64,000 nt of DNA from Eledone cirrhosa (Eukaryota), in the NCBI GenBank assembly GCA_964016885.1, contig OZ024743.1:93186001-93250000 (forward strand), given 5' to 3'. This document shows positions 61,749-64,000 of the stretch, in pieces (within the stretch, counting starts at the first letter, position 1; each line of letters starts with the position of its first letter). The notes below the pieces were generated by a model. The model saw nothing but the letters and a program-made list of their open reading frames with translations. It was not told the DNA's origin and did no database searches. A program made the position numbers and the translations under genes.

Positions 61749-63458
61749 TGAATACATTACAAATCGTTTGCAATTCTTTCAGAATGAAAATGTAAACAGA
61801 GCTTATAAATAAATTTACAGTAGAATAACATAACAAATATATTTTAAATATTTACATAAATAACACAAATGCTTAGACAACATTATAAATAGCTCGCGAT
61901 TCTTTCAGAAAGATATATTCTTTTAATGTTACAATATTAAAGAAAATGTAAAGGAAGGGGTGAACAACGGAGCCTACACCAGAGCAAAAGACAGCAACGT
62001 CGTGAGTACTGGGCAACCTCTCTAATGATTTTTGAGGCAAGCCAGCACACTCGCAGTGTTGCCTCGGGTGATGGCGAGGCCGATGCGCTGAAACAGCCAA
62101 GCGCCCTCGCAAGATTCACCAGTTACCTCTATTAGGCGAGCCGCCAGTGAAGAGAGGACCCTCGCAGTCAGCGGCCCGACTCCCCCAAACGTCTCGAAAG
62201 CCACAGGCTGAAAAATGTAGCTGGCCGACAGATCAAAGTATTTGAGGGTCTTACTCCGCTCGGCTGCAGAAGCTGTGGCTCTCGTCCTAACCGCAACACC
62301 CAGGTGTGGGAAAGAGCAAAAGAGTCACTAACAGTGACGTCCCAGACAAGGCACCTGCCTCTTGACCAGGGGCACAGATGGTTCCAAGACTGAGGGGATA
62401 TTCGCCCGGGCCAAAGCTCTCTTCAGAATAAGGTTTAGCCCCATGTGACGCGCGAAGCGGCCGGCATTCAGGCGGCAAGAAAGACCGTGGTGGCCTGTGG
62501 AGTCAAGGAGTTTGCCGCATCGGCACCTCAAACCCATGCAGACGTCAGCTCCCACTCTGAGGGCGATGCAGACATGAAGTTCATCCAGGCTGAGTAGGCC
62601 ACCGTTGGCCACGGGTAGGGCATCGACCCAGTCGCCTGAGTATTTGGCGCTGGCAGATAGTAAGCGGCACCTTGCAAACTGATCTGACTGGACGAAGAGG
62701 GAGTCGAAGGTGGCCTTCGAACTTATGCTGTCCCAAGTTCTCTGACTTTGACTGTCCTCCACCTTCTCAGGAAGAGACAAGCCGACCCACTCCATTGCTG
62801 GAGAGCTTCACCCAACTCCTTGTTGGACTAGTCCATGTTGAAGAGGAGAGGATGCTGCTCACCAGGGTGGAGGAAAGGAAGCAGGGGAGAGAGAGGACGA
62901 ACACGTACGAAGACCAAGACCCCCAAATCGCTTGGGCAACGCAGCCTGATCGCGGGACTCCGGAGAGAGTCTAACATTGACCAGGCACTCGAGTCTCTCG
63001 AAGGTAAGGTCGTCGAAGCGTTGGAGGCAGGACGGAAATCTGTGAGAGGGGCTGACCCTGAGCAGATACAGAAGCTTAGGAATAGACAGGTAGTTCCTGA
63101 GTATGAAGAAACTTTGATGGGGTTCGATAACTTCAATATTCCTCAGCAGCTGCTCAAGGCCATCCATCTTCGATTGGAAGGTTGACTTGAAGGCCAGGTC
63201 TGTGATTGGGGCTCCTAAGGAGCACCAAACCGATGGGGGAGGGACCGCGATGGAAGGGAAGGACTCTGCGAACAGGTCGATCAGCTGTTGGTGTTGAGAA
63301 GCCGGGTGGTTGAGGATCCAGAGCTCACACTTGGAGCTATTGATCTGGAGACCTCAGCGGCCATGCTCCTCCACCATCTTGTTGGCAGTGGCGAGAACCA
63401 TATCCGGAGTTCCCCCCAAACAGGCATCGTCAAGGTACCAGACATTGAGATCCAACTC
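61745..63458 (-). mobile_element. 5'-truncated, decayed CRE-clade non-LTR retrotransposon (RT C-terminus, CCHC knuckle, restriction-like endonuclease; coding remnant 62022-63458, then 3'UTR)
   Basis: LNVWYLDDACLGG...GLQINSSKCEL...LGAPI...IPKLLYLLR...ALPKRFGGLGL...CRCG...TGHHGLSC...RH..LN...EP...WDVTV...FQPVAFETFGG.GP...LFQRIGLAITRGN; stops and frameshifts. 3'UTR boundary approximate. Confidence 0.85.
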
Positions 63459-63644
63459 ATATATTAGGGACCAGAGATATGATTGCTTATATATAAATTA
63501 AGGCTTAGATTTGGATAGGTTTAGGGCTCGTGTGTGTGTGTGTGTATTATGCCTGGGCTTGCGACCGACTGATAGTATTAGAAAATTGGAAAGACCACTG
63601 GAAACATTATTTCCTTGGTCCGATTTGACGAAAGTTGATCGACT

Positions 63645-63679
<35 letters not shown>

Positions 63680-63682
<3 letters not shown>

Positions 63683-64000
63683 GGGTTGGACAAAATAATG
63701 AAACCCCTTAAAATTTCAAACAAATTCATTTTAATATGGAGTAGGACCGCCTTTGGCAGTAATTACTGCTTGAATTCTACGAGGTATGGACTCGTACAAA
63801 GTTTGAATTGTGTCCAAAGGAATTGTTGTCCATTCTTCAGCTAAAACAGTCTCCAGTTCTTGTAGTGATGATGGTGGAGGATATCAACTCCTTACTTGTT
63901 TTTCTAAAATGCACCATAAATATTCAATAATATTGAGATCTGGGGACTGTGGTGGCCGGATAAGATGTTCAACTTCATTAGAATGTTCCTTGTGCCATTC
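63680..64000 (-). mobile_element. Tc1-family DNA transposon 3' end (TIR + transposase C-terminus 63731-64000 with one in-frame stop); continues past the window
   Basis: TA|CAGGGGTTGGACAAAATAATGAAAC TIR. Minus strand EWHKEHSNEVEHLIRPPQSPDLNIIEYLW...RS*YPPPSSLQELE...IPRRIQAVITAKGGPTPY*. Confidence 0.9.

Noticed and set aside
62672-63185. Plus-strand ORFs of 100 and 116 aa
   Set aside because: Antisense shadows of the GC-rich CRE retrotransposon.

Overview
This is AT-rich animal DNA. The SINE sequences and dense (TA)n/(CA)n microsatellites suggest an octopus-like cephalopod (inference). Positions 1-46390 are the right-hand end of a highly homogeneous 5S rDNA tandem array: 53 complete genes plus 1 partial gene, apparently identical, all on the + strand, in units of 868, 871 or 881-882 bp. 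The units fall into two spacer haplotypes arranged in higher-order blocks, and each spacer carries a degenerate copy of the 3' part of the 5S gene. The array stops abruptly at 46390 against a hammerhead-bearing, Penelope-type terminal fragment. The remaining ~17.6 kb is a transposon-rich flank. It holds two decayed Penelope-like elements of the Naiad type (RT plus GIY-YIG), one followed by a graded tandem array of its own 3' end, a tRNA-derived SINE, RTE fragments, a CRE-clade RLE retrotransposon, a Tc1 end, a small MITE and several fold-back structures. Seven minimal type-I hammerhead ribozyme motifs from about five sequence families (5 core-intact, 2 degenerate) occur here, plus one truncated copy. 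The only recognisable host gene is the first coding exon of MAT1/MNAT1 (58468-58556), which the ORF track misses. Four of the core-intact hammerheads, two of them forming a ~490-bp palindrome, lie in its presumed first intron. All calls were made by eye; no searches or folding programs were run.
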